This document shows positions 14,107 through 29,260 of a stretch of DNA of 64,000 bases, one piece after another. Where the stretch lies: the NCBI GenBank assembly GCA_030141605.1, contig JAQGDQ010000991.1:1-64000 (forward strand), written 5' to 3'. This stretch comes from Tubiluchus corallicola (taxonomy: Eukaryota > Animalia > Priapulida). Position 1 is the first letter of the stretch; each line of letters starts with the position of its first letter. Made by a program: the position numbers and the translations under genes. Under the pieces are notes generated by a model that was given only the letters and a program-made list of their open reading frames with translations, ran no database searches and had not been told where the DNA came from.

Positions 14107-17100
14107 ATTGTTGTTGTTGTTATTATTATTAGGGTTGAGCATTCTCTTCCAGAAAGCGATCTCGAATGCAATCGAATTTGTGACTTTCGAATTCGAAATG
14201 GGCAGAATTTCAGTATATTTTTAATGTATATTATACTCGATTTTGTTCTAATAATTTGACTAAAATTTGTGCATAGAAATCGCAGGCAGATTCTGCTAGC
14301 TGCACAATGTTTCAAATGTTTTAATGATAAAGAACATTATGTGGGTTGAAATGCTGAATTAGATAAATCTATAATTTTAGGTACGAATCGAATTCGATTT
14401 GAACATAAGAACTCGAGCATTCGATGATCAATTGCTCACCCCTAATTACTACTACTACTACTACTACTATTATTATTATTATTATTATTAGAGCTTACCC
14501 ATGCCTTCGTAATAACAGTTTTGCCAACTCATTACAGAACAATTATTAGGAGCTTTTAGGACAATAAAATTTAAGTACAGAAAGTTTTTAGAGTTTAGAC
14601 ATAAGCTAGTGGAAACTTTTTTATTTATTGCCACTACGTTATTTGTATGCAAGTCAGCACAACATAAATTCACTGATCTGTGTTGTTAGTTGTTACTTTT
14701 CAGATTATGCTTACACAAATGAAAATGTTTTTCAAAACTTTCAGTGAGGTGCAGAGAAAACTGCAGATATTGTATAATAATAATTGAATTCTCGGAACTA
14801 TTTTAATTATTGTAATTAAATTAATTATTTTCTTTACTGATTTCAAATTAAGTAACCTTTTTTAATTTTAGTGGGTCAAAATGGAGTTCATCACACAAAT
14901 CCCTACTAGCAGTATGTATCATCTTGTTCCTCATTGCAGCAGGACTCGCTGTAGCTTTAGGAGTAATGGTCACCAGAATGCAAGGTAGAATTAAGGTATC
15001 TTTAGACAGGCTAAATTTTATATACAGAGTCTTAAGCACGTAAACTGACATGCATTATTATACCTATCTTGAGTCAATGGTGGTTAATCATTTGCGATCT
15101 TGCTCACAGCCCAAAACATAAACTGTACATGTACAGTTGAATTTGAATTTTTGGAATATTTTGTTACTGGTGTAATGTAAATTAAGCCACTGCGTTACAT
15201 TAATTTTAATTTCAATGGGCCATTCCGTTTAATTACATTCCAATGGGCTTACACTATGCGTGTTACACGTATTCTTATATCTTGGCCTTTCTTGCGTTTG
15301 CGACCAGTGCGTTTGCTCCTGCTTTGCTTGATTATATAACCCATAGACTTACTGTAGAAGATGTGTCTTTTATCTAGCTCTATGGTATAACCACAACTAT
15401 TTCTCACAGTGCCCGTCACGACGCCTTTAGAATTCCATTCGCATAATAAATATAGTGAGTTACGATAGTAATTTTTATGGTTAGTCTGCATATCGACCAG
15501 CGACGTTATAGAGTACCTGGCCTTCGATGTAGGAGATTTTTGCATTGATATCCCATATTGCTTAACACAGTCTGATTTGATACGCGGAATTATTATTATT
15601 ATTAACCACTTCAGTGCCGTGCAATTTGTATTCCAGCTGGTGCGCAAGAATATTTTGACAAAAAATGAAAAGTTGCTACTGTTATAGGCACTGCAGAGTT
15701 ATTATAGCATGGTTGTTACTACATCACAACCACTTCTATTGTTACTATTGCCGTTGCTAGCATCTCCTCGATGTATTACTATCAGCAAACTTGTGAGAGT
15801 GATGAAGAATATTGAGAAAAAAGAGGAAGGGAAAGCAGAAAAGAAAGAAAAGTAGAAGAAAATAAAAGCAAAGTTTCTGATACGCAAAACATTGTTGTGT
15901 TGTTACAGAATAAACTTTTAATATGATTTAAATTCACAAAAATACTGTAACTGTAATTTTTTCTAAAAGTATATTAGTGTCGTTATCATTGTCGTCATCA
16001 GTATCCCACCGTCATCATCTCTACACTTGAATTGGTACTTTGTGATTCTAAAAAAAGCATTACACGTTCAAGCATAAATACAAGAGCAGATATTGTCTAA
16101 TTTATATGCACATGCACATCACACAAGCATTCACGCAAACGCATCACGCAAGCATCCACACATACAGTTTTTGCAACTTTTTAGCCAGAGTAGGGAGATT
16201 TCCCAAAAAAAATCAGCTAGGGTCTGAAGGAGCCTTGTAAGCTCCACTGGTGATGTCTGGGACAGAGCCCTGATGCTTTTTGTATGTTCTATTTTAACAT
16301 CACACCTCAGACAGCACTTTTTGCTTTGAAAAACTTTTTGGCATTTTTTTTTCATGCGCATGTCAATTCCCAGTGGTGTAGTGGCTAACGTTGCCCTGAA
16401 AGTAGAAGGCCTACGTTCGAGTCTTAGTTGAGGTGCAAAATTTTTTTAGTGTTTCTAATTTAGTATTTCTGTTGTGTATTTATTATATAATTTTGCCACT
16501 TTTATGTTTTTTTTGTGTTTATTTGCAAGGCTTGAAGCAACATGAGAGAATCTGCAATGAACCAGTTTGTGTTAAAGCAGGTAGGATGCAAAATTACAAA
16601 TTTTGATTACATTTGCTTCGTGGCTGCAAAATGTAAGACTTTCCCTTGTTGCTTGTGTAAAGGGAATCATTTTAGAAATATTAACTCCTTCAGGACCATT
16701 CAAAATAGGTTTTATAAGACCTATGAATTTTGTACTATAATATAGGCACAGACTTAACTAAATGATTACAAATTAGGTTTTATTCTCTTCAGCAGAATCT
16801 ATTCCATCCAATCATGCTACTTGTTTAAACATTGATAAGTGACTTAATTGGATTAAAATTAAGAAAAGCACGCCCTCTTTACGCACTCAAACTTGAGTAG
16901 CTTGGTCTGATGCACACTTGTGTGAAAGTACACACTACTTTGTTGGTCGCCTGCTTCCTACTGCCTGCCGTACAGAGTTCCAGGAAAAGCTGACCGATCA
17001 GCCAAGAACAAATTAAGGTTGTTTCATCTTTCAACAGGAATTTCTCCTTAAAAGCAAGAGTAGACTTATGGCGATAGTGTATTAGCGTGTTGGGTCTGGA

Positions 17101-20100
17101 TAGTTGAAATTTTCTGTGTCGATTTCATACATGCGATACTGTACTTTGTTCCACTACAAACACTGCACTTACTGAAAGCTTTTTTCAATTTTTTCATCGA
17201 AAATCAAGTCTAAAAAACAAATTTTCAATTTATAATTTTGCATGGAAATCCATTGCACAAGGAGTAGAAACCTACAAAAATTATCAAATATAACGTAATC
17301 TCTGCTTAATGAGAGCAATTTTTCATGAATCTATGCAAAATGCAGTAAACGCTTATGGTCCTGAAAGAGTTAAGGGAAATCTTAACAAGTCTCTTCTACA
17401 TATATAAATGATAACTGATAATTGTAACTGAGAACTATATGTAGTAACTGATAACTTCCTTGACATTTTCTAGATTTTCTGAGATGTTAGTCTTAATTTT
17501 TTTGTTTAGCTTGTATTTATTTTAAACTGAGCTGAAGATTGCAGAAATCTGTGTAACTTTTAAAGCAATAATAGTGTTTCCGCTAGTTCTTTAAAATTCA
17601 AAGCTTTCCATGTGGTTCAATAAAGCAAATCATTTGTTTTTGTTTTTTGTTAATGAAACGGTAATGCAATTTCTGCTTATCTTGGATTTCTTATTTTCCT
17701 GCCTGATAATGCTGATTTAAATCTAGTTTTCACCTTCTGGAATTATTATATTATAAATTATACAATAATAATGTAAAGAAAATTCAAAACTCGAGCATGG
17801 ACAGTATTAAATTAATGTTATACTCAACTAATGATAGTTATTGTCACTTAAGAAGAAAGTATGGCTTATCTTTGAGGTTGGTAACATGAATGTTAAAAAC
17901 CTAGTTATTAATGTGTTTAATGTGTGTTTGCAAGATTATCTGTGAAAGATAAGTGACAACCAATGATATTTTACGTACGATTATGTAAGATTGTTGTCAT
18001 TTTTAAAAATTATTTATTTTATGCATACTAATTTCTTTCCTTTTTGTGTGCTTATATACCAACTTTTCCTTGTTATAATATGTTGTAATGTGAATATATG
18101 GTTGTGTCTGTAATGGCACGAAATGAAATAATAATAATTAAATTATTAATTTTCTCAGCTGCGTCGCTGGTTGCCAACATGGATCTGTCCGCAAATCCAT
18201 GTCATGACTTCTACCAGTATGCATGTGGTGGCTGGAAGGAAAAGAATGACATTCCTGATGACAAAGCAATGTGGTCTACCTTTGACATTATGGACGAGGA
18301 ACTATATCGCGAGTTGAGAGGTATGTACACATTATCCTCTGGAAGCTCGACTACACAAACCATTTATAATTATCTTATGCATTTTATGTAGGCATAAGTT
18401 ATCTTACTTTTTGTAACTTAAAATTTGAAGCTTTCTCAACTTTCAGAATTTAAGGCGAAATTTAATCTTTTGCAAGTTGTAAAATTTATGCAGAGTAAAA
18501 TTTTGTTTAAAGCTGTCATACTTAAAGCTACATTATGATGCTTCAAAGTAGATTGGTTAAGTGTCAATTTTTTGTTTCATAAAAACAAGCGCTAAATGTA
18601 TTTAACTTTTATATCCTAGTTACAAATTATCAAGAAAATGTTAAAAAAAACTAAGCTCAATTGCTAACTTATATGTATATATAAGATCGTTGTAATTTTT
18701 AAAAATTGTTTATTTTATGCATATAATATATAGAGTTTATGCATAAATATATATATATATTTATGTAACTTATATATAATTAGATATATAATTATATTGG
18801 TCTTCCTGAAAGATTGGAACATACAATGTAAAAAACAATATGTTGCCTCGAAATACTTTTAGCCATATGTGTAAGTCATTCTATTTTGTACATTTTTTGC
18901 AGCCCTGCTGTCAAAGAAGTACGAAGGACCTAGTAAAGCTGTTGAAAAAGTAATTCAGCATTACAAATTATGTTTAGATGAAGGTGAGTTCAAAACTTCT
19001 AATTTGTATGTTGTAAGAGTGGGAATTGTTGGCTGATTGTTGTGAGGCAGTTACTGTATTTGCTGTTTGTTGTGTGGCAGTTACTGTATGTGCTGATTGT
19101 TGTGTGGCAGTTACTGTATATGCTGATTGTTGTGTGGCAGTTACTGTATATGCTGATGTTGTGTGGCAGTTACTGTATGTGCTGATTGTTGTGTGGCAGT
19201 TACTGTAGTGCTGATTGTTGTGTGGCAGTTACTGTATGTGCTGATTGTTGTGTGGCAGTTACTGTATGTGCTGATTGTTGTGTGGCAGTTACTGTATGTG
19301 CTGATTGTTGTGTGGCAGTTACTGTATGTGCTGATGTTGTGTGGCAGTTAGTGTATGTGATGATTGTTGTGTGGCAGTTACTGTATGTGCTGATGTTGTG
19401 TGACAGTTACTGTATGTGATGATTGTTGTGTGGCAGTTACTGTATGTATTGATTGTTGTGCAGCATTACTTTATGTATTGATTGTTGTGTGGCATCAGCA
19501 TGTGTTAGTGTTGTTGTTGTTGTCACATTTATTTTTGAAAACTCTCATAGGTCGTAGTTTTCATTGTAGGTGACTCAAATTTTGCATGCAGATACAAGGG
19601 ACCCATTTTTCACTTTCAACACGTCCCTCAATTATTCCCATTAAATGGACCACTCCAGCTTCACTGATCATATGCCGTGGTTTCTTTTATTCTAATGTAT
19701 TCTAATTGAATTGAATTTATTTTGCCTGAATACATAAAACAGTATAAAAAAAATTAATATTGGATTATATAATTAGTATAAATACATTACGTAATGTATA
19801 TTTAGATCTGCCCCCAGTAATGCATATTATAATTTTTATGTAAGATGGATTCATGACAAAAGTAAACACTTCCCTTCACTTTGTTGTGGAAGTCATTATC
19901 TTTACAAGAAATGAGTAAGTAAGACTTGCTGGATCCAAGCATATTAATGCTTCCATTCTAGTTTAATCCTCTCGTACATAATCACCAATATCACTTCACC
20001 AGATTTAATGAATATAATATTCCATTTTGCTGGACCAATGTTGTCAGACACTTTGTAAATTTCGCTGCTCCAAATTTATGGAATAAAGTATCAATTTATG

Positions 20101-23100
20101 TTACAACACGTCGAACGTTATATGGTTTTAAAAAATATATGAAATCTCTTCTACTCTGATCCTACTAATAATGGCTTTTTAGGGTTGTGCCGCAAACTGC
20201 AATAGTTACAGTACATCCCCCGCCTCATTACTTTGCAGTTTATATTTTCATACTTTTGCATCACATCTCTGCTGAACTCCTTTCTATTTCATTTCTTTTC
20301 TTTCTTTATCTTTATCTTTATCTTTCTTATTCTGTTATTTTATCTGTTTTTCTATAATTCTTTCTCTTGTTAATTAAGCATTTTTTTCTCCACTTTTCAT
20401 GGTGGACTTACACGCTTTGCTTCTTGACCACCATCCATCATATATTTCCTGTTGATAAGCTATATTAATATAGTTCTTTTACAATTATTGTAACTGCAAT
20501 TGCTTGGATGAATAACAGTTATAATGTGACAGTATAAATTACAATTATGCTGATGTGAATAATAAATTATAATTACAATTACAATAGTTTAGATTAAACA
20601 GCTCCCTGACTGACATTTCTTCCACCCATGCCCTTATAAAGCTTTGAGCTTTACTGGATTTATTCAAAGTTTTAATTATGTTCACCAGCCTTTAATGTAA
20701 ATATAATTTGTTTTTATATATTTTTAGACACAATTAACAACAAAACGTATGAACCGTTAACTGAACGCCTTCAGGATATCATTGATAAAGGTTGGCCATT
20801 ATTGTATGAAGCAACTGAATGGAATGAGACAGACTTTGATCTTACCCAATTCTTAATTGATCTTGGACCAGATTCCGGGAAGTACTTGTACGACTTTGGT
20901 TTGATGACTGATACAAAAAACTCTACGAAAAATGTTCTCTATGTGAGTATTAATGCAAGTCTTGTTTCATGGTGTTGTTGTAGTAGGTAGATTTCTTTCT
21001 CTTTGTTTTTAAGTTGAATCATGATAACTGATTAATCATGACCTAGTTCTTGCTAACGATCAACAATTGTTACATAATATGCTGTCCATGCTTGTAGTTA
21101 GTAAGCCTAATATACTGCATCTCAATGATTGGCTCATTTTAAGCAAGAAATTTTAGTTTTTTTATTAAGATTTGGATTTTGCTCTGTGATTTTTAGTGTT
21201 TTTTACTTTAATCGCTTTAGACAGAATTTTTATTATAAATCTTCAGTAACTGGATATTCATAATGTGACACAATGTAATGTTTGTAAATAAGGACAGTGG
21301 TGACTTCTGTTAGCTGACTAACATTGCAAGATCGAGTTACAAGTTTGAAGTGCTGAGCTTACTAAGATTCAAATCTGACTAGACTGCCTCAAGCTCTAGC
21401 AATAGCAAGTTTGCTTTTGTATTTGTTTCCTGGCTTGTCCAGTTTTGTGTGCTGGATCTTGGCAGGCGAGATACTAATACTCATCTAAACTGTTAATATG
21501 ACATGATTTACTGACACTTGCATGTGAAGATGAACATATACATAAAATTCTACAGCATTTTTACGTACAAGGTTAATAACTGCACTCGCCTGTTTTTATT
21601 AACATCTAATTCATCTTAAGTCTCTTTCGACATGTATACATGACTGGGATGAAATAGAAAAATAATAACAAGATTGAATATTATTTTTCCAATTTTTCCA
21701 TGAGCATATTATGCACTATATGTCATTTTTATAGTCGGTGTACTAGTACACTTACTAGTATTTATGTTTAAGAATCATTTATAAATATCGGCTCTTAACT
21801 CAAAATATTAATTTACATAAGGCAAGCCCACCACTGATTTTATCGTACCACCCCTATTAAATCTTAGTTGTATAGATACATCAGTGTATTATATGTTGTT
21901 ACAGAATATACTGTATTAATGTATTGCACACATTGTACTGAAAACTTCAATTACTTCTGGATGATTAACGCAGTTTTTGCATATTTGAACTTTTTCTATT
22001 TTTTTCCAAACCTTGACGCTTTGGTGCAGAAAATCCTTTTCTGTTTTAATATTACACAACAAAATTTTGTCATACGTACGAAAACAAAAATAAAAACTTA
22101 CGTCTTTAAATAAATTTATGTATTAATATATATGAAAACAGACGAAATTGGTTTTCTGTTCCGCATTTTCCCAGCCATAGGGAACCTGTTAAAATTCACC
22201 ATTTCTCTGCCCAAAGGAGCAATATAGTGTTTTTTTTGGCAAAACTTGCTTTGTGACCTTGCTGATTGGACATTACAGTCATTTTAGTGTGCAAACTGTA
22301 ATGTGATGCTTTTTGTTTAGCTGGATCAAGCCTCTCTTGGATTAGGATATGAATCTCGAGAGTATTATCTTGATCCTGTAAAGTATGCAAAGTATATAGA
22401 TGCATATAGGAAACTAATGGTAGATTTAGCTGAGATTATGGGTGCAGCTACAAACAACACAAACTATAAACAGGACCTTGTGAGGTTGCTGGAGTTTGAG
22501 ACAGACATTGCTCGGGTGAGTTAACTTGTTAGTGCTTAATTTACCATTTACCGTGAAGAGACCGTGTTCTTTTCTGTAGATAGCTTGAGGCATCTACTGT
22601 AACAGGTTAAAGTGTAAATGAATGTTCAATTTCTTAAAGGTTAACTTTAACATAGTTTCCAAAATCATAGGCGAACTTATATCAGATTAATGGGAAATGA
22701 TTCTTCTCAGTTCAGACCTGATTTTAAATCAGAATGATTTTGACATTAAATGCCTCTGGAAAGACTGTCTATGTCACTGATTTGCTTAACATGTTGCCTG
22801 TCTGAATTATAGTAGACCTGCAGTGTTATGCTTTACTCTGTTGAGTATTGTCTGAAATAGGTCTTTGTGAGTATTAATGAGCAGCTACAGAACATGTGCA
22901 TATATGAATCCGAGCTTGTTTAGGCTTTATCTTGTATGATATTAATAATATAATTTATATTGTGACTATAACTTTGTGACTCGTAGTTAATAGAAAATCT
23001 TTGCATTGTAGTTTGCTCTTTTTAAATAATCACCAGTAAAAAATTCACCAATTAGTCAGTGTTATTGTCACCCTCTGATAATTAGCATTTTAGTTATGGT

Positions 23101-26100
23101 ATTATACTAGTTTACTAACACTTTCTTATATGTCTGGCTAATAATTTTGCTGCTTGTCTGGTTTGTTTTTTCTTCATTTCTGTGAATACAACAATTGAAA
23201 ATGTATCACACTTGTTAACATATTTGTTCTCCAGGCAACTGTACATGGTAATTTACGCAGGAATGTCACAAATCATTACAATCCAAGAACATTGTTGAAT
23301 ATCACTCAAACATATACGCAGGTATGCAGAATTTCACCTTAAATGATTTAAATAAGTCAAATTTTATGCAAACATGGAAAACTCTATCTGATAAGTGCTT
23401 TAAATGACTTTTCCCATCTTGATAAACATTCGTCGTTAAAAGTTCTTTTTTAGTAGAGTCCATCACTTGAAAAAATGTGACAAATCAGTAAATATGGGAA
23501 ATCATAGAAAAAGTAACTTGTGATCAGAAGTCTATGAAAATCTTTGTTTCCAAAAAGAAGGCTGTCTATTTGAGTTGATGTGTTATACTGCAAGTAATAT
23601 GTCTCCAAGTGGCAAGTGTAAAACATCTCTTCAAGAACAAGAGTATATTCTATTGTCTAATGTGATTTAAAAACATCTTTAACATGTGAATGTCAGTATT
23701 GTTGAGTTTCTTCAGTGCTGCATTTACCTAAATTATATTGTGACATCACACTTACTTGATTTAAATGGCCAAGTGTTTGTCAATTAACCTTGTTTTGAAG
23801 CTTGTTCACAAAATTCCAAATAAGTCAAAAGTTAATTTACAATATCTCATCACTAAAATCTGAGAAGGTAGTTTTTCTTGAGACACCTTCTCATGAACTC
23901 ATTAATTTAATATTTAATATTGAATCATTGTAGATAGTCACATAAGTGGTCATAATTTTTTCTAAACTACACATGTTTAAATGTAAAACTGACAAAGAAG
24001 GTTTAGGTTTTACTGCTATAATGCTTTGCTATATTTGCTTGTTATAATGTTATTTAGTCCACTAAAATAATGTTGATCTGGATCCTGATCAGTAATGGGT
24101 AGAGAATCGAATGTGTCATTGCTTTCAAATAAATTTGAATTAAGTAATTTATTGTCTATTATTAGAATACAATGTTAGAATACCTAGTGATTAATTTCAA
24201 CTCATTGTCATCAGTGATATTATTAAAGGGCAGAATAGTTTGCAAACAAAAATGACAGCACCAAGTATTATCATTCTTGTCATTTAAATTGTTACAGTCA
24301 GTCATGGTTAAATTTGTACATTTCATATGTATGCAATATTCACAGCAATTGTCAAACAGTCCAAGTTGGTTATTTTTAACTGGTTTTGTGCTTAATTGTC
24401 TTCACAAGTAAACATTTATGTTTTGTAAAACAAATGGAGCATATAAAATGCTTCCTCAAGAAAAACCATCACCTTGGATTTTAGTGATGAGATTTTGTAC
24501 AGTTGCGTGCTGGATATTGGCTTGCACTTATGTGCTGGATGTTGGCTTGCAGTTGTGTGCTGTATGTTGGCTTACAGTTGTGTGCTGTATGTTGGCTTAT
24601 ATTTGTGTGCTCTATATTGGCTTACAGTTGTTTGCTGTATGTTGGCTTACAGTTGTTTGCTGTATGCGAGTTTACCGTTGTGTGCTGTATGTTGGCTTGT
24701 ATTTGTGTGCTCTATGTTGGCTTACAGTTGTTTGCTGTATGCAAGTTTACCGTTGTGTGCTGTATGTTGGCTTGTATTTGTGTGCTCTATATTGGCTTAC
24801 AGTTGTGTACTGTATATTGTCTTACAGTTGTGTACTGTATGTTGGCTTGCAGTTGTGTACTGTATGTTGGCTTGCAATTATGTGCTGAGTGTGAACTTGC
24901 TGTGTGCTAAATTGGATTGAGAGAGTTAATGTATTGAATACGTGCAACAGAAATAGCAAGCAAATTGTCTTTAAGAAGTTCCATTATCATTTGTAGTGGA
25001 TTTGCAAAAACATCCAACATATTTCAATATGCATACTGCATTGATAATAACGAAATTCATAATACAGTATTTTGTTTTTCTAAGTTTTCATTCGTTTAAA
25101 TTATTTCAGTTCAAATTGTACAAAGGAACAGAAACATCTGGTGAATACAATGAATATATTTACAGGTGGATTGGAAGCGGTATGTCTTTCATTTTGTGCC
25201 GAAGCATGCAAATGTCACTGAAAATGAAACCATAATTTTATATCAACCTGAATATTTTAATGACATGGAAAACTTCCTTTCTTCTGGAAAATATGATTCC
25301 AGGTTTGATTAAATTACTAATCTTGTTTGTTGTAACTTTTTGCAGGCAAAACTATTCCTGTTTTAATAGGCCTATCATCAGGTGTATTGTGAAAGTTAAA
25401 AACACAACGTCCTGGTCACCAGATGGGTTAGTGACTAGTTTTTCATGACTCTTTCATGTGTCTTTGATAATAGTAATGTCGTATCAAAAGACTTGACATG
25501 GTTGTAAATACATTGTTACAAGTGTTAATGTTATTTAATTGTAATGAACTTCAAACCTATACACAGCTTGTACATATACGACTGCATCAGAATAAAATGT
25601 CTGGTAGCCATTGTGCTCTTTGTGTGTTTCAATTTGTTGTGGTCTTTATGTTCTAGGACAGTTGTTAACTACATTCTCTGGAGAGTCACCTTGTCCTACT
25701 CTTGGCATGTTCACGAACCTTTTAGAACTGCTCTGTTTGAGTTTGATAAAGCAACAACTGGGATAAAAAAACAGAATCCTAGATGGCGTGACTGTTTAAA
25801 AGGAGTGCGTAGCCGACTGAAATGGGCTTTAGGCTATCTCTATGTTACCAATGAATTTGTGGGAAATAGCAGGCAATTGGTGAGGTTTTTGTTTGTTTGA
25901 ACTGTAACATAAGTGTGTGTTGAGAGCTTATAGTTTACACATTTCAGTATTTCAAACTATACAGTTTGCACTTTTCTTATTATAGTAAATTGCTTGCTTG
26001 TCCGTTTGTCTGTCTGTCTTGTTTTTGTAGCACTTTTATTGATTTTCAGGCAAACGAGCTTATTGCATCTACAAAGCTCGTGTTCAAAGACCGGGTGAGA

Positions 26101-29100
26101 AACTCAAAGTGGATGTCTGCCAAGACCAAACAAAAAGCTATCGAAAAAGTGAGTAGTAATATGAGTCTTGGTGACAGCACACACAACTGGGTTGCTAGGC
26201 ACCTGCACAGTTAAGCTGCTGTTCCGAAAACTCAAACCTGCAGTTCAATTTTGTATGAGAATTAAGTATTTCCATGGTGTTTTTTCTCGTACAACAAAAT
26301 TTCATTTTAAGCATTTATGGGTTGCTGGTCAAGCACATGCTAAGGCGCAAGTTTGTTATGCATTCCAGTCTGGAAGCATTCACTGTTAGTACCTACTATT
26401 GGAGATGTTGCTGGTGTAACCAGAGCCTGACTCATTGTCAAACATATTTTTTTAAGATGAGCCACTAAACCAGTAGAGGTGTGTCAACTCCACTTGGCTG
26501 TATAAACGTCCTTCCTCTACAAAAGCAGGATACTAAGGTGGACTGATCACTGTCTGCAGTTACTATTTCGGACATTTACTAATCATAAATACTTATAAGT
26601 TCCTATTTTGTGTTGCTTCTGTAACAGAAATGAAATTTAAAAGCTGCTTCTGTTCTACTAGAAAGATGATAGACATCTAGGAAAGATATAAAATTGAGAC
26701 ATGTGTATATAGAATCAAGACAAGAATCGAGGTACTGGTGCTCTATAACATTTTTGTTACAGTAAACACCCCAAGAATCGGGGCACTGGTACTCTGAAAC
26801 ATTTTTGTTACAGTAAACACCCCAAGAATCGGGGCACTGGTGCTCTGTAACATTTTTGTTACAGTAAACGCCCCAAGAATCGAGGTACTGGTGCTCTGTA
26901 ACATTTTTTTTACAGTAAACACCCCAAGAATCGGGGCACTGGTACTCCGAAACATTTTTGTTACAGTAAACACCCCAAGAATCGAGGTAATGGTGCTCTG
27001 TAACATTTTTTTACAGTAAACACTCCAAGAATCAGGGCACTGGTACTCTGTAACATTTTTGTTACAGTAAACACTGCAAGAATTGAGGTACTGATGCTCT
27101 GCAACATTTTTTTACAGTAAATGCCCCAAGAATCGAGGTATTGGTGCTCTGTAACATTTTTGTTACAGTAAACGCTCCAAGAATCGAGGTATTGGTGCTC
27201 ACTATCAATCTGTTTTACACAAAATCTTCCCGGCATTAATAATTTTCTTTGCACTCCGTCATTTACATGTTTTTTTGCAAGTTATTAATTATGATTGCTT
27301 ATTTTCAGGTAGATACTATTTATGACATGGTTGGTTACCCAGATTACTATGAAAACGTTACTATACTGGATGAGAAACATAAAAATGTAAGATTGTAATA
27401 CAATAAAACTAGCAAATATAACACGTCACAGCATGTAATAAATGTTGTCAGCTCATCATTAGTTAGTTATACTGGTCAGGTAGAATAGTTGTGGTCAGTT
27501 TATTAATTAGTTATACTGGTCAGACAGATTAGATGTGGCCAGCTTATTAATTAGTTATACTGGTCAGACAGATTAGATGTGGTCAGTTTTTTGATTAGTT
27601 AGTTATACTGGTCAATGTCTATTAGATGTGGTCAGCTTATTAATTAATTAGTTATACTGGTCAGGTGAATAGATGTGGTGAGTTTATTAATTAGTTAGTT
27701 ATACTGGTCAGGTAGAATAGTTGTGGTCAGCTCATTAATTAGTTAGTTATACTGGTCAGGTGGAATAGATGTGGTCAGCTTATTAATTAGTCAGTTATAC
27801 TGGTCAGGCAGATTAGATGTGGTCAGTTTTTTGCTTAGTTAGTTATACTGGTCAGGCAGATTAGATGTGGTCAGTTTTTTGATTAGTTAGTTATACTGGT
27901 CAGGCAGATTAGATGTGGTCAGTTTTTTGATTAGTTAGTTATACTGGTCAATGTCTATTAGATGTGGTCAGCTTATTAATTAATTAGTTATAATGGTCAG
28001 GCGGAATAGATGTGGTGAGTTTATTAATTAGTTAGTTGTACTGGTCAATGTTGATTAGATGCGGTCAGTTTGTTAATTAGTTAGCTATACTGGTCAGGTA
28101 TATTAGGTGTGATCAATTGACTAATTAGTTATTTGCTACTTTAGTTTGCTTACTTAAGCCAAGAAATTTAAACTTCCTCCTCTAAGAGTTGCATATTATA
28201 TTTTTTTAGAAAACATTTTGTTTTTAAAGATAAAATTGAAAGTGTGGTCTTGAAACTACTCTAAATCTGAGCTTTTTTCTAAACTACTTTAGTTTTTTTG
28301 TAAAAAATTGTAGCATTAAAATGTTATTATGCTAAACTCCACATAACAGAGCAAATCATTATTAAAATCTATTAGTATTATGAACTATAAACTGCCCAAA
28401 GGTAATGTAAGTAAGTCAGCAGGTCATAATCAATGCTTTGTACTTTTCAGTTTATTTTCTGCGTTAAATGCATATTAACACAGTAATTAGGTACAGTGCT
28501 GATTTAACGACAGTGTCATTTATACATTTGACCTAGATATAATATACAAAATACAAGTACTTATTAGCCGCAATTTAATTTAATTCATGATATGATTTAA
28601 TTTCTAAGTTTATTCCATGTTTAGTTCACCAGTACTGGATCATATTTCTCAGACATCGTAGAAATGCGGAGGTTAAAGGTTAACGAGTCTTTTGCAGAAC
28701 TCAGAAAACCTGTGAATAAAACAGAGTAAGTTAACTAAAGCTGTCTGATTTATGATACATTTCTATTTATTACAAGGGAAAAAATTGTGGTGATTAAAAT
28801 AAAAGTATAAAGACTTACTAAAATGTTTGTGTAAGTGAAAAAATGTTATTTGTTAAATATTCGATAACATTTAGAATTTTTCATGTTATAACATAGTTAT
28901 TTGCTATAATATGTTTCTTTGATGACTTTTGGCAAAGTTTATAAGAATTATTAATCCTATAATCATGTACTGTGATGGATGGTTATACTGATAGGCAATG
29001 GTAATAGCTGAATGGACATGGTGTATGTTTGTAGCTAATGTTAAGCAATGCTAAGTTTGGTCAGTAAGTGGATGGTTAATTGCCAGGAAAAATACTTCTG

Positions 29101-29193
29101 GGTAGTTGTGCTGTTGGATGAGGATGTATGTGTATTTGAAGTACAATATTATACTTTATAATTTGATAGGCTGCCGTACTGCTACGCACACGC

Positions 29194-29260
<67 letters not shown>

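Noticed and set aside
13762-14315. Poly-N, I, V and L ORFs
   Set aside because: Trinucleotide microsatellites.
24418-24920. Cys-rich hydrophobic ORFs in three frames
   Set aside because: Intronic minisatellite; the M13 reading frame joins 23321 directly to 25166.
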